Shown here: positions 1-11,200 of the stretch, piece after piece
Layout: each line of letters begins with the position of its first letter
Position numbering within the stretch: the stretch's first letter is position 1
Made by a program: the position numbers and the translations under genes
Assembly: GCF_020745735.1 (NCBI RefSeq)
Contig: NC_083438.1
Coordinates: 33,230,443-33,294,442, forward strand
Reading direction: 5' to 3'
Origin: Hemiscyllium ocellatum
Lineage: Eukaryota
Length of the DNA: 64,000 nucleotides
Notes under the pieces: model-generated
Seen by the model: only the letters and a program-made list of their open reading frames with translations
Told to the model about the DNA's origin: nothing
Database searches by the model: none

Positions 1-107
1 TTGTCCATCCGCTGGTGGTGACAGCAATCTGATCGGAGTTCCTGGATAAATCTCCGTGGATCTCAAAACACAACAAACACGACTCAAACCCAAAAGTTGT
101 GGCTTAC

Positions 108-164
108 CGTTGGACATGACGACTGGCAAGCTGGGATCGCAGAAGTCATCAGAGATTCTGGCTA
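108..164 (-). CDS. ICOSLG: B7/ICOSL-like gene, cytoplasmic-tail exon ((V)ARISDDFCDPSLPVVMSN-G)
   Basis: Minus strand reads tttcttgtcgtttgcAG|TAGCCAGAATC...TCCAACG|GTaagc. 57 bp, phase 1-1, in frame with the TM exon, no stops. Confidence 0.65.
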
Positions 165-255
165 CTGCAAACGACAAGAAACACACACACACCCATTTCA
201 GACGAGAAAGTGCAAAACCCGACAACAAACACGTCCGAAAGTCACCTCAGGACGA

Positions 256-1085
256 GAGCAGGTCAGAGGCTGGGAATCCTGCAGCGAGTAACTCCCCTCC
301 TGACTCCCCCCAAAGCCTGTCCCACCATCGACAAGGCCCAAGGCAGGAGGGTGAGGGAATACTCCCCACTTGCTCCTGGATGGGGGCAGCTCCAACAACA
401 CTCGAGAAGCTCGACACCATCCAGGGACAAAGCAGCCCCCGCTGGATTGGCACCACACCCACAAACATCCCCTCCCTCCCCCCACCGACGCTCAGTAACA
501 GCAGTGTGTACCATCCCCTCCCTCCCCCCCCACCCCCCTCAGTAACAGCAGTGTGTACCATCCCCTCCCTCCCCCCACTGACGCTCAGTAACAGCAGTGT
601 GTACCATCCCCTCCCTCCCCCCACCCCCCCCTCAGTAACAGCAGTGTGTACCATCCCCTCCCTCCCCCCACCCCCCCTCAGTAACAGCAGTGTGTACCAT
701 CCCCTCCCTCCCCACCCCCCCTCAGTAACAGCAGTGTGTACCATCCCCTCCCTCCCCCCACCGGCGCTCAGTAACAGCAGTGTGTACCATCCCCTCCCTC
801 CCCACCCCCCCCAGTAACAGCAGTGTGTACCATCCCCTCCCTCCCCCCACCCCCCCTCAGTAACAGCAGTGTGTACCATCCCCTCCCTCCCCCACCGACG
901 CTCAGTAACAGCAGTGTGTGCCATCCCCTCCCTCCCTCGCACCCTCCCCCCCCCCTCAGTAACAGCAGTGTGTACCAGCTACAAGATACACTGCAGGAAC
1001 TCACCCTCAGGCAGCACCTTCCAAACCCATGAAGCTGTTAGAGAAAAATTGCCAGGATTTTGACCCAGTGACACTGAGAGTTTTC
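256..1085 (+). mobile_element. CR1-type LINE 3' fragment with internal ~46-bp minisatellite (composite copy 1)
   Basis: Degenerate LINE C-terminal coding (RAGQRLGILQRVTPLL...STIDKAQGR...EYSPLA) interrupted by cagtaacagcagtgtgtaccatcccctccctcccccaccccccct repeats at ~480-975. Confidence 0.75.
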
Positions 1086-1159
1086 CATCTGGAAGGAGAA
1101 AGGGAGCAGATCGCTTTCCCCAAAGGCCATCGATGAGGGCCAGTCAGATACTGTTTCTC

Positions 1160-1380
1160 AGTTAAAAATCACACAACACCAGGTTATAGTCCAACAGGTT
1201 TATTTGGAAGCATTAGCTTTCGGAGTGACGCTCCTTCATCAGGATATTGCGGAGTTAGGGTTAGAAGGAGCAGCGCTCCGAAAGCTAGTGCTTCCAAATA
1301 AACCTGTTGGACTATAACCTGGTGTTGTGTGATTTTTAACTTTGTCCACCCCAGTCCAACACCGGCTCCTCCAAATCATG
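1160..1380. mobile_element. Inverted pair of PLE terminal-repeat fragments (family B)
   Basis: gttaaaaatcacacaacaccaggttatagtccaacaggtt... (1161-1243) is the reverse complement of ...aacctgttggactataacctggtgttgtgtgatttttaac (1270-1340). Confidence 0.7.
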
Positions 1381-1486
1381 ACCGTTTCTGAGGTGGGCAG
1401 TCAATCCCAAACATGGCCCCGGGACCCAGACAGGAAGTGTCCTCTTATCCCCGTGCACGAGACTGGAAACAGGGGACGATGAGCAC

Positions 1487-2002
1487 TGCCATGATGCTGC
1501 CCCTTTAAGAAGGTTATTCTCTCTTAGATTTTCTTTCACCAGGGGCCGTAGAGGCAGGAGTTGTGAGGGGCCTAGTTTAACGAAGAGGCCAGATCTCCCC
1601 AGCTCAGCTGGTTCGAGCTGAAGCAGTCACAAGACGTGAGAGCCCATCAGGCTTTCAAACATTCTGGATTCCTCTCACTCTCTCCGAAGTCCCTCTCCGG
1701 ATGTTTTTCCCTCCTGCTCGTCAGAATCTGTGTTTCAATTGATCTTTTTGTCAAGGGCTGTGTTGACAGGAGGTTACTGGACTGGAGCAGTTAATTCGTT
1801 ATAGTTACTGCGTCGGGTCAGTTCAGTTTTCCAACAGTTATTCTGAATTCCGTTTTCTGTTGTTCGCGTTTCGAAAGTAAATTGTTTTAGTTTGACGCTG
1901 AGTGGTTTGACCAGCTGCATCCCACCCGGAATATCCACCTCACAGCTGCCTTCACAGTAAGAAGATATTTTGAGGCCCAGTGATAGGGCCCGGTCCCGAA
2001 CA
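1487..2002 (+). mobile_element. Probable solo LTR
   Basis: TG...CA termini (tgccatgatg...cccgaaca), ~516 bp, non-coding, agtaaa polyA-like signal; resembles an LTR family I recall from shark genomes. No target-site duplication found. Confidence 0.45.
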
Positions 2003-2115
2003 CGGGGAGGAGCAGGAAGCAGACTGAGGAGCAATACTCGCTTCAGGCAGCTCAGGGAGAAAAGGGGTGGTTGCTGGAAAAGCGCAGCAGGTCAGGCAGC
2101 AGCCAAGGAACAGAG

Positions 2116-2151
2116 AGTCGACGTTTCGGGCATAAGCCCTTCATCAGGAAT
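2116..2151 (-). ncRNA. Minimal hammerhead-ribozyme motif (family A) in a PLE terminal fragment
   Basis: Minus strand: auuc CUGAUGA A GGGC-UUAU-GCCC GAAAC GUC gac. Confidence 0.65.
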
Positions 2152-2234
2152 GTGGGGGAGGAGTGGGCTAGGAAGAGAGCGACTTCAAGGTGGGCATTGT
2201 AGAGGGAGGAGGAAAACCTCTCCAAGTGGGCAGA

Positions 2235-3005
2235 GACGTGGCAGATGGAGTTTAATTCAGATAAATGCGAGGTACTGCATTTTGGGAAAGCAAATCTTAG
2301 CAGGACTTATACACTTAATGGTAAGGTCCTAGGGAGTGTTGCTGAACAAAGAGACCTTGGAGTGCAGGTTCATAGCTCCTTGAAAGTGGAGTCGCAGGTA
2401 GATAGGATAGTGAAGAAGGCGTTTGGTATGCTTTCCTTTATCGGTCAGAGTATTGAGTACAGGAGTTGGGAGGTCATGTTGCGGCTGTACAGGACATTGG
2501 TTAGGCCACTGTTGGAATATTGCGTGCATTTCTGGTCTCCTTCCTATCGGAAAGATGTTGTGAAACTTGAAAGGGTTCAGAAAAGATTTACAAGGATGTT
2601 GCCAGGGTTGGAGGATCTGAGCTACAGGGAGAGGCTGAACAGGCTGGGGCTGTTTTCCCTGGAGCGTCGGAGGCTGAGGGGTGACCTTATAGAGGTTTAC
2701 AGAATCATGAGGGGCATGGATAGGGTAAATAGACAAAGTCTTTTCCCTGGGGTGGGGGAGTCCAGAACTAGAGGGGCATAGGTTTAGGGAGAGAGGGGAA
2801 AGGTATAAAAGAGACCTAAGGGGCAACTTTTTCACACAGAGGGTGGTACGTGTATGGAATGAGCTGCCAGAGGAAGTGGTGGAGGCTGGTACAATTACAG
2901 CATTTAAGAGGCATTTGGATGGGTATATGAATAGGAAGGGTTTGGAGGGATATGGGCCGGGTGCTGGCAGGTGGGACTAGATGGTGTTGGGATATCTGGT
3001 CGGCA
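2235..3005 (+). mobile_element. 5'-truncated CR1/HER1-type LINE (ORF2 C-terminus and 3' UTR)
   Basis: ORF 2245-2781 WQMEFNSDKCEVLHFG...LVRPLLEYC...RRLRGDLIEVY, followed by the typical 3' tail. Confidence 0.9.
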
Positions 3006-3308
3006 CGGAGCCGAGGGGGTGGTGGAAGCGTTCCGAAAGCCGGAGTTTCCCAACACACAGCTCAGAGACGGGGAAGGAAGAGGTGCCGAGTGATGAGCAA
3101 CACCCAAGGAGGACGGGGATAATACAGCGTGGGGTGGGTGGGGGGTAGGGGAAGGCCGATCAGCTGGGGTCTCGGTGAAGCAGATCTGATGGGCTGAATG
3201 GCCGACTGCTACCCCAATTCCCCCAGGGCCCAAATGGAAGCGAGATGATGCTGGAGAGATCAGGGACTCCCTTCGCCCCCCCCGAGCAGTGCTGAGTGGG
3301 GTACGTAC

Positions 3309-3440
3309 CTCTGTAATTATGGTGTGACCTGTTCCTCAGATAGATTACACACCCCAACGTCACGACACCCAGTAGTCCAATTATTACTGCCGCGATTGTT
3401 ACCGGGGAAATACCACGAGGTGAGACGGACTTCATCAGAA
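3309..3440 (-). CDS. ICOSLG: B7/ICOSL-like gene, transmembrane exon (LMKSVSPRGISPVTIAAVIIGLLGVVTLGCVIYLRNRSHHNYR)
   Basis: Acceptor tttattttaatgcAG, donor GTacgt. 132 bp, phase 1-1. About 21 hydrophobic residues followed by basic stop-transfer RNR; HNYR resembles the mammalian ICOSL juxtamembrane QHSY. Confidence 0.8.
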
Positions 3441-3791
3441 CTGCATTAAAATAAATCCCAGACACGCGCTCAGGCACATGCAACAAGCACTGTTTTTTAT
3501 TTCTCTAGCGCCTTCGGCAAAACCGAAACCTTCCCAGACTCCTCACGCGAGCCCTCTTCCGATCGAGATCCGGCAGGGAGCGTCTCCAGGGGGACAGGAA
3601 GAACGGGACGGTTCCCAGAGGGAGCTTCCGCACCCAGCCGCCCTCCGAGGGAGCAGAGAGGGAGGGGCTCGGAGAGGGAATTCCGGACCTCAGGAATAGC
3701 CCCTGGCATCTGAAGGCATGGACACACACCCCTGCCCCTCCCACTGGAAGAGCGATGGGAATTGGGGGGATACTCAAAAGGCCAGGAGGGG

Positions 3792-4008
3792 AGGGGGGGT
3801 CACAGAGATAGGGAGAGGGGTAGGGGCTGGAGGGGGTTACAGAGATAGGGAGAGGGGTAGGGGCTGGAGGGGGTTACAGAGATAGGGAGGGGGTGTAGGG
3901 GCTGGAGGGGGTTACAGAGATAGGGAGGGGTGTAGGGGCTGGAGGGGGTTACAGAGATAGGGAGGGGCTGTAGGGGCTGGAGGGGGTTACAGAGATAGGG
4001 AGGGGATT
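3792..4008 (+). repeat. ~37-bp G-rich minisatellite (acagagatagggagaggggtaggggctggagggggtt), ~6 units
   Basis: Visible tandem units. Confidence 0.85.
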
Positions 4009-4470
4009 GATAGAACCATATGATACAGAAGAGGCCATTTGGCCCATGCTGTCCATACCAGCCACGCGACCTGAAATCTCCACTGGCCCATCTTTTTGAC
4101 CATGTGGAGCCTACAGTGATGGTACACAGCCTTTTGGAAGGTTCCCCTCCCCCATCTCCCCTCCTGGTGCAGCGTCAGCCTCCCCGGGGATGGGTGCGGG
4201 GAGGGGTTGACAGTTCAGGGGGGCACACTGAGCTCCTGGGTAGAGGTTTGTTGGGGGGAAGGGGAGGGAGGAATTTGAAAGTGTTGATCTGGGGTGGGGG
4301 AGGTGTGAATGTACTGGCAGTGGGGGGAGGCCAGGGTAGGAGAGGAATGGGGGGGGGGGTGTGGGTGCAGGGGGAGAGGGTCCAGGGTGGGGGTTAATGG
4401 GAGGCAAGATGGCATTGGAAACGGGAGCCGCGCCAGCGACGACCCGAGCAAGCGCCCGCTGCGGAATTAC

Positions 4471-4770
4471 ATTTCCACGGCGCCGAGATCTTCCTGTCGC
4501 CCGTGCTCCTGTTGAAGACCACACAGCGGAGGCTGACGTTCCCACTGGCTGTGACCCGCAAGAGGCTGGAGACTTGGCAGAGCCCAGTGCCCAGGTCGGA
4601 TGAGACTGTCTGCACGTGCCGATGCTCAGGAAGGGGATGCCCATCCCGGCCAATCCAAGACACATCCGGCTCAGGATAACCACCCGAGGATCTGCAGGTG
4701 AGGTTCACCTCCTCTCCCACTCGAAAATCCCCCGGCCCCGCCTCAGATATCACCGGCACGCTGTAATTGG
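4471..4770 (-). CDS. ICOSLG: B7/ICOSL-like gene, IgC-domain exon (ANYSVPVIS...VNLTCRSSGGYPEPDVSW...SLRCVVFN...PWK)
   Basis: Acceptor cctgccttcctttAG, donor GTaatt. 300 bp, phase 1-1. B7 C-domain motif C-x-S-x-G-G-Y-P-x-P-x-V-x-W plus a second Cys; junction AANYSVPV resembles ICOSL AANFSVPV. Confidence 0.9.
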
Positions 4771-4821
4771 CTAAAGGAAGGCAGGAGACAGGGTTAACGC
4801 AAGGGAATAACAGCACACTCA

Positions 4822-5941
4822 CAGGGGCAGTGCTGAGGGAGTGCCGCACTGTCGGAGGGTCAGTGCTGAGGGAGGGCCGCACTGTCGGAGGGTCAGTGCT
4901 GAGGGAGCGCCGCACTGTCGGAGGGTCAGTGCTGAGGGAGCGCCGCACTGTCGGAGGGTCAGTGCTGAGGGAGTGGGCACGGTCGGAGGGTCAGTGCTGA
5001 GGGAGTGGGCACTGTCGGAGGGGCAGTGCTGAGGGAGTGGGCACTGTCGGAGGGGCAGTGCTGAGGGAGTGGGCACTGTCGGAGGGTCAGTGCTGAGGGA
5101 GCGCCGCACTGTCAGAGGGGCAGTGCTGAGGGAGCGCCGCACTGTCGGAGGGGCAGTGCTGAGGGAGTGGGCACTATCGGAGGGTCAGTGCTGAGGGAGT
5201 GGGCACTGTCGGAGGGTCAGTGCTGAGGGAGCGCCGCACGGTCGGAGGGTCAGTGCTGAGGGAGCGCCGCACTGTCAGAGGGGCAGTGCTGAGGGAGCGC
5301 CGCACTGTCGGAGGGGCAGTGCTGAGGGAGTGCCGCACTGTCGGAGGGTCAGTGTTGAGGGAGCGCCGCACTGTCGGAGGGTCAGTGTTGAGGGAGCGCC
5401 GCACTGTCGGAGGGTCAGTGCTGAGGGAGCGCCGCACTGTCGGAGGGTCAGTGATGAGGGAGCGCCGCACTGTCGGAGGGGCAGTGCTGAGGGAGCGCCG
5501 CACTGTCGGAGGGGCAGTGCTGAGGGAGTGCCGCACTGTCGGAGGGTCAGTGCTGAGGGAGTGCCGCACTGTCAGAGGGTCAGTGCTGAGGGAGCGCCGC
5601 ACTGTCGGAGGGTCAGTGCTGAGGGAGCGCCGCACTGTCGGAGGGTCAGTGCTGAGGGAGCACCGCACTGTCGGAGGGTCAGTGCTGATGGAGTGGGCAC
5701 TGTCGGAGGGTCAGTGCTGAGGGTGTGGGCACTGTCGGAGGGTCAGTGCTGAGGGAGTGCCGCACTGTCGGAGGGTCAGTGCTGAGGGTGTGGGCACTGT
5801 CGGAGGGTCAGTGCTGAGGGAGTGCCGCACTGTCGGAGGGTCAGTGCTGAGGGAGCGCCGCACTGTCGGAGGGTCAGTGCTGAGGGAGCGCCGCACTGTC
5901 GGAAGGTCAGTGCTGAGGAAGTGGGCACTGTCGGAGGGTCA
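4822..5941 (+). repeat. 33-bp minisatellite (gcactgtcggagggtcagtgctgagggagcgcc/tgg), ~34 units, in the IgV-IgC intron
   Basis: Tandem units; 11-aa periodic spurious ORFs (TVRRSLSTDPP). Confidence 0.95.
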
Positions 5942-6084
5942 GGAGTGGAATGGAGTTAGTCAGAGTTGCCGGTGTCGAGTTTCGAGGTGGGTTCTGAGTT
6001 TGAACGCGTTGCGGAGGAGGGAGCAGTATCGGAAGGCGGCCGTGCGGTGAAACGTGGAAGCGGCAGTCTCAGCGTGCTGCTTAC

Positions 6085-6435
6085 CTGCTGTGGTGAGGTA
6101 GACGCGAGTAGATTTGACCTTGCGGAAGCCTTGGGGACCCTGTTTCAGGACGATACACTGGTACCCTCCTCCGTCGGTGGGCATGACAGGCTGCAGCTGG
6201 AGCGAGAGGTCCCCGTGTCGGAACTGTGTCACCGCCAGGCTGGTCCGGTTCCTGTACCTGCTGTCCTGGGCCTCATTCGCCTCTGTCTGCCCGTACTGTG
6301 CGTGGACCACCTGATTGCTCTCTGTTTGCCACAGGAGCCGCAGATCAGACACGCCCCATGACCCGTCCATTTCGTAGTGACACGGCAGGGTCACCCGCTC
6401 ACCCACCATCCCCAAGACAGAGGGCGTCACTGTGC
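6085..6435 (-). CDS. ICOSLG: B7/ICOSL-like gene, IgV-domain exon (GTVTPSVLGMVGERVTLPC...LLWQ...DSRYRNRT...DLSLQL...DGGGYQC...TTA)
   Basis: Acceptor ccccccactcctgtAG, donor GTaagc. 351 bp, phase 1-1. V-set C...W...DxGxYxC pattern; WQTES, DSRYRNR, GDLSL and GFRKV closely parallel human ICOSL WQTSES, DSRYRNR, GDFSL and GFQEV as I recall them. Other B7 paralogues are not excluded. Confidence 0.9.
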
Positions 6436-7084
6436 CTACAGGAGTGGGGGGCAGAGAGCAGTTAGAAAATACCTGAGTCAGGTGGGACCACAGGCCCCCC
6501 CTCCCCCTTCGAAAAGCAGAGAAGGCCATTTGGCCCCTCCAACCTGCTACGCCATTCACTATGACCCAGTCCAACTCCGACCCCTGGTCCCACTCTCTCT
6601 CCCCTTTAGCCTCGAAATGACAATCCAACTCCTTCTCGAAATCAGTGTTTTAACCTCGACCGTTCCCTGTGTCAAGAGAATCCCACAGCCTCCCCACTCT
6701 CTGGGTGAAGACATTTCTCGGTCCCAACCCCATACCCTCTGTCTGTGACCCCTCCCCCCACCCCTCCCCCTTCCCCTGGTCACTGGGAATATCCCTCCTG
6801 TGTTAACCCCGTCTAACCCGGTTAGAGGTTGACAGGTTTCTGTCAGAGTCCGCGCTTGTTCCTCTAAACTCCCAGTGGATATAATCCGAATTAGATCCAG
6901 TCCCTCTCTCTCTCTCTGTACGTCAGTGCTGCCATCCCGGGAATCAGTTTGGGAATGCCTCACTGCACTCCCTCCATCTCCAGAACGATCCTGCCTCAGA
7001 TACAGAGACCTCATCCAACCTGCACACACAATATCCCCCAAGGGGGGGGGGGTCTCACCCTGTCCAACGGTTCCCGTCCTCCCA

Positions 7085-7590
7085 TCCTCTCTTCCTCCTA
7101 TCGGAAAGATGTTGTGAAACTTGAAAGGGTTCAGAAAAGATTTACAAGGATGTTGCCAGGGTTGGAGGGTCTGAGCTACAGGGAGAGGCTGAACAGGCTG
7201 GGGCTGTTTTCCCTGGAGCGTCGGAGGCTGAGGGGTGACCTTATAGAGGTTTATAAAATCATGAGGGGCATGGATAGGATAAATAGACAAAGTCTTTTCC
7301 CTGGGGTGGGGGGAGTCCAGAACTAGAGGGGCATAGGTTTAGGGTGAGAGGGGAAAGACATAAAAGAGACCTAAGGGGCAACTTTTTCACACAGAGGGTG
7401 GTGCGTGTATGGAATGAGCTGCCAGAGGAAGTGGTGGAGGCTGGTACAATTACAGCATTTAAGAGGCATCTGGATGGGTATATGAATAGGAAGGGTTTGG
7501 AGGGATATGGCCCGGGTGCTGGCAGGTGGGACTAGATTGGGTTGGGATATCTGGGTCAGCACGGACGGGTTGGGCCGAAGGGTCTGTTTT
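7085..7590 (+). mobile_element. CR1/HER1-type LINE 3' fragment
   Basis: SYRKDVVKLERVQKRFTRMLPGL... plus 3' tail, near-identical to 2540-3000. Confidence 0.9.
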
Positions 7591-7605
7591 TTTAAAGATT
7601 CCCTA

Positions 7606-7989
7606 CAGTGTTGAAACAGGCCCTTTGGCCCAACAAATCCATACCGACCCTCCGAAGAGTAACCCACCCAGACCCATTTCCCACTGACTATTGGCAATTT
7701 CCCATGGCCAATCCACCCTAACCTGCACACCCCTGGGCACTATGGGACAATTTAGCATGGCCAATCCACCCTAACCTGCACATCCCTGGGCACTATGGGA
7801 CAATTTAGCATGGCCAATCCATCCTGACCTACACACCTGTGGATTGTGGGAGGAAACCGGAGCACCCGGGGAAAACCCACACAGACACGGGGAGAATGTG
7901 CAAACTCCACACAGACAGTCACCCGAGGCTGGGATCGAACCCAGGTCCCTGGTGCTGGGAGGCAGCCGTGCTAACCACTGAGCCACTGT
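7606..7989 (-). mobile_element. HE1-like tRNA-derived SINE with 2-3 copies of the internal 53-bp unit
   Basis: Minus-strand head gtggctcagtggttagcac (A box) and gggttcgatccc (B box); LINE-like tail. Confidence 0.85.
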
Positions 7990-8314
7990 ACCCTCCCCTC
8001 CCCCTGAAATCTCCTTCCCCACCTCTGAGCAACTGGGTGGATGAGGCCAGCCTGCCTTCCTTGGACATCTCCCTCTTTCCTAATCTGTCTCCGTCTGGAT
8101 TCTAATCCAAGTGGAAGATGTCTGCCTTAGCCCACAGTAAACTGCCTCTCCCAAACTCACTCAAACCCGACGGCAAGACAGTGACAGCTTTCTCTGGAAT
8201 CCTCCTCACAACTCCATCCTCCCAGCCAGGCCCGACCCAACATTGTGGTGCAGCAGGAATTAACATCAAAGGATGGATCACAGAACGAGAATGAGAAAGC
8301 CAGCACAGGTCTGA

Positions 8315-8317
8315 CTG

Positions 8318-8348
<31 letters not shown>

Positions 8349-9315
8349 GAGAGAGAGGTGGGGGTGGGGGGAGGGATGGGGAGAGAGAGGGGGAGGGATG
8401 AGGAGGGAGAGAGAGGGAGGGGGAGAGAGAGAGAGAGGGAGGATGGGGAGGGAGAGAGAGGGAGGGGGAGAGAGAGGGGGGTGAGAGAGAGAGTGAGGGA
8501 TGGAGAGAGAGAGAGTGAGGGATGGAGAGAGAGAGGGGAGGGATGGAGAGAGAGAGAGAGCGAGGGAGGGATGGGGAGGGAGAGAGAGATATGGAGAGGG
8601 AGAGAGAGGGATGGGGGGACAGAGAGGGAGGGATGGGGAGAGAGAGAGGGAGGGATGGGTAGAGAGAGAGAGATAGGGTGAGGGAGAGAGAGAGAGGGAT
8701 GGGGAGACAGAGAGGGAGGGATGAAGAGAGAGATGTGGAGAGAGAGAGAGGGAGGGATGGAGAGGGAGAGAGATATGGAGAGGGAGAGAGAGGGATGGGG
8801 AGACAGAGAGGGAGGGATGAAGAGAGAGAGGGAGGGATGGGGAGGGGGGGAGGGAGAGAGGGAGGGGGGTGTGAGAGAAAGAGAGAGAGAGGAAAGAGAG
8901 AGGGAGGGAGAGGGATGGGGAGACAAAGAGGGAGGGATGGAGAGAGAGAGAGGGAGGGATGGGGAGACAGAGAGAGATAGGGAGAGGGAGAGGGAGAGAG
9001 AGGGATGGGGAGACAGAGAGGGAGGGATGAAGAGAGAGATGGGGAGAGAGAGAGAGAGGGATGTGGAGAGAGAGAGGGAGGGATGGAGAGAGAGAGAGAG
9101 GGAGGGATGGGGAGGGAGAGAGATATGGAGAGGGAGAGAGAGGGATGGGGAGACAGAGAGGGAGGGATGAAGAGAGAGAGAGGGAGGGATGGGGAGGGGG
9201 GAGGGAGAGAGGGGGGTGTGAGAGAAAGAGAGAGAGGAAAGAGAGAGGGAGGGAGAGGGAGAAAGGGAGGATAGAAAGAGGGGAAAGGGGGAGAAAGAGA
9301 GGAAGGGAGGGGGGG
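8315..9315 (+). repeat. GA-rich polypurine low-complexity array
   Basis: (GA)n with gggatgggg units; spurious Ser/Leu/Pro and Glu/Arg ORFs. Confidence 0.9.
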
Positions 9316-10025
9316 GGAACAGTTACAACATTTAAAATACATTTGGATGAGGACATGGGCAGGAAAGGGTTGGGGGGAGATGGGCCAGGAGCAGACAGGT
9401 GTGGGACTGGTTGGTCAGCATGGACTGGTTGGGCCGAAGGGTCTCTTTCCGTGCTGTCGGACTCAAAGCTCTGCAGATCAACCCCAGCCCCTCACTCCCC
9501 CTGCCCCACCCCATCCCAGAGACCCGTGCCAACCTCACAGTCTTAAACTGGGAAGGCCCTGTTTGGGAAGCACTGGGATGGGAGAGGGGCCTCATGGATC
9601 CAGTTAGCAAAGTCTGTTCGGAAAAACGCCGGATCTTGTTCAGACTTGCCAACTGCGTTCCCTCTCCCAGTGTGAACTCCTCATGTGTTGATAATTCCAT
9701 GATTCCTTCACACGTCCCTCGAATGACATGCCTCTTGCATGTCCCCATACCCTTCCCACAATTCCCAGCATTGGTATCCAGTGGCTCCACACTTTAGAAT
9801 TCCCTCCCTCCACCCCCTTTTCCAACTGGTGCCCAATTCTGCAACTCAGTGTCAAATTTACACTTACAAATGGAAAGGACTCTTTGTTTGTTAAGTTCAG
9901 GATGCTACGGAAATGTAGTTGTGATTCAGGTCCGAGGAGTTGCCGTGGGAACAGAGAACAGTACAGCACAGGAACAGGCCCTTCGGCCCCACCGTGTCTA
10001 TGCTGATCATGATGTCAATCTAAAC

Positions 10026-10510
10026 TAGGATGGCACGGTGGCTCAGTGGTTAGCACTTCTGTCTCCCAGCGCCAAGGACCCCAGTTCAATTCCAGCCTCA
10101 GGTGTTTGTCTGTGTGGGGTTTGCATATTCTCCCCGTGTCTGCGTGGGTTTCCTCCGGGTGCTCCAGTTTCCTCCCACTGTCCAAACATATGCAAGTTAG
10201 GGTGGATTGGCCATGCTAAATTGTCCCATAGTGTCCAGGGATGTGTAGGTTAGGGGGGATTGGCCATGGGAAATTGTCCCATAGTGTCCAGGGATGTGCA
10301 GGTTAGGGTGGATTGGCCATGCTAAATTGTCCCATAGTGCCCAGGGATGTGCAGGTTAGGGTGGGTTGGCCATGCTAAATTGTCCCACAGTGCCCAGGGA
10401 TGTGCAGGTTAGATGCATTAGTTGGGATCAACATAGAGGAATAGGGAATGTGTCTGGGTTACTCCTGGGAGGGTCGTTGTGGACTTGTTGGGCCAAAGGG
10501 CCTGTCTTCA
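10026..10510 (+). mobile_element. HE1-like SINE with ~4 internal 53-bp units
   Basis: A box tggctcagtgg, B box agttcaattcc, body, repeated ttagggtggattggccatgctaaattgtcccatagtg. Confidence 0.85.
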
Positions 10511-10529
10511 CAGTGTAGTGATTCTCTGA

Positions 10530-11200
10530 TTCTAATTCCATCTGCTGCATAAAGTCTGCAGCTCTCTATTCCCTGCCTGCTCATGTGCCTGTCCAAATGT
10601 CTTTTAAATATTGTGATCGTATCTGCTCTAGCACCTTCTCCTGGCAACGTGTTCCAGGCACCTACCACCCTCTGTAAAAAACACTTGTCTGATCATCTCC
10701 TTTAAACTTAGCACAGCCCCCTCCTTAAAACTATGGCCCCCGAGTAGTTTGGCACCTCAACTCTGGGAAAAAGATTCGGACTATTTAACAGAGCCAAGCC
10801 TTGCTGTTATTTTATACACTTCTGACAGGTCACTCCCACGGCGCTTTAAGAAAATAATCCAAGTTTTGGCCAACTTCCCTCTCATAGCTGATCCTCTCCA
10901 AATCCAGGCCCCTATCCTGATAAACCTCTTCTACACCCCTCTTCTCCAAAGCCTCCACATCCCTTCAGTAATCTGGTCAGAATGCTCTGAATGTGGCCTG
11001 TCTAAAGTTGGATACAGCTGCGACGTGTCTTGCCAACTTTTACAATCAATGCCCCAACTAATGCCCTAAGTCTTTTTGCCCTCTTTATCCACTTGCGGTG
11101 CCACTTTTTAGGAGCTGTGGACTCACATCCCAAGATCCCACTGTGCTCCCGAGGGTCCTGAATCCTGAAGATGTTCCCAACGTCCCTTTTTTTAAATCCC
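10530..11200 (-). mobile_element. Old degenerate CR1 3' fragment
   Basis: Minus frame MVGAWNTLPGEGARADTITIFKRHLDRHM. Confidence 0.6.

Noticed and set aside
4822-5941. Hairpin-containing 33-bp repeat as a CRISPR-like or attC-like array
   Set aside because: Units are contiguous with no spacers or cassettes; ordinary minisatellite.
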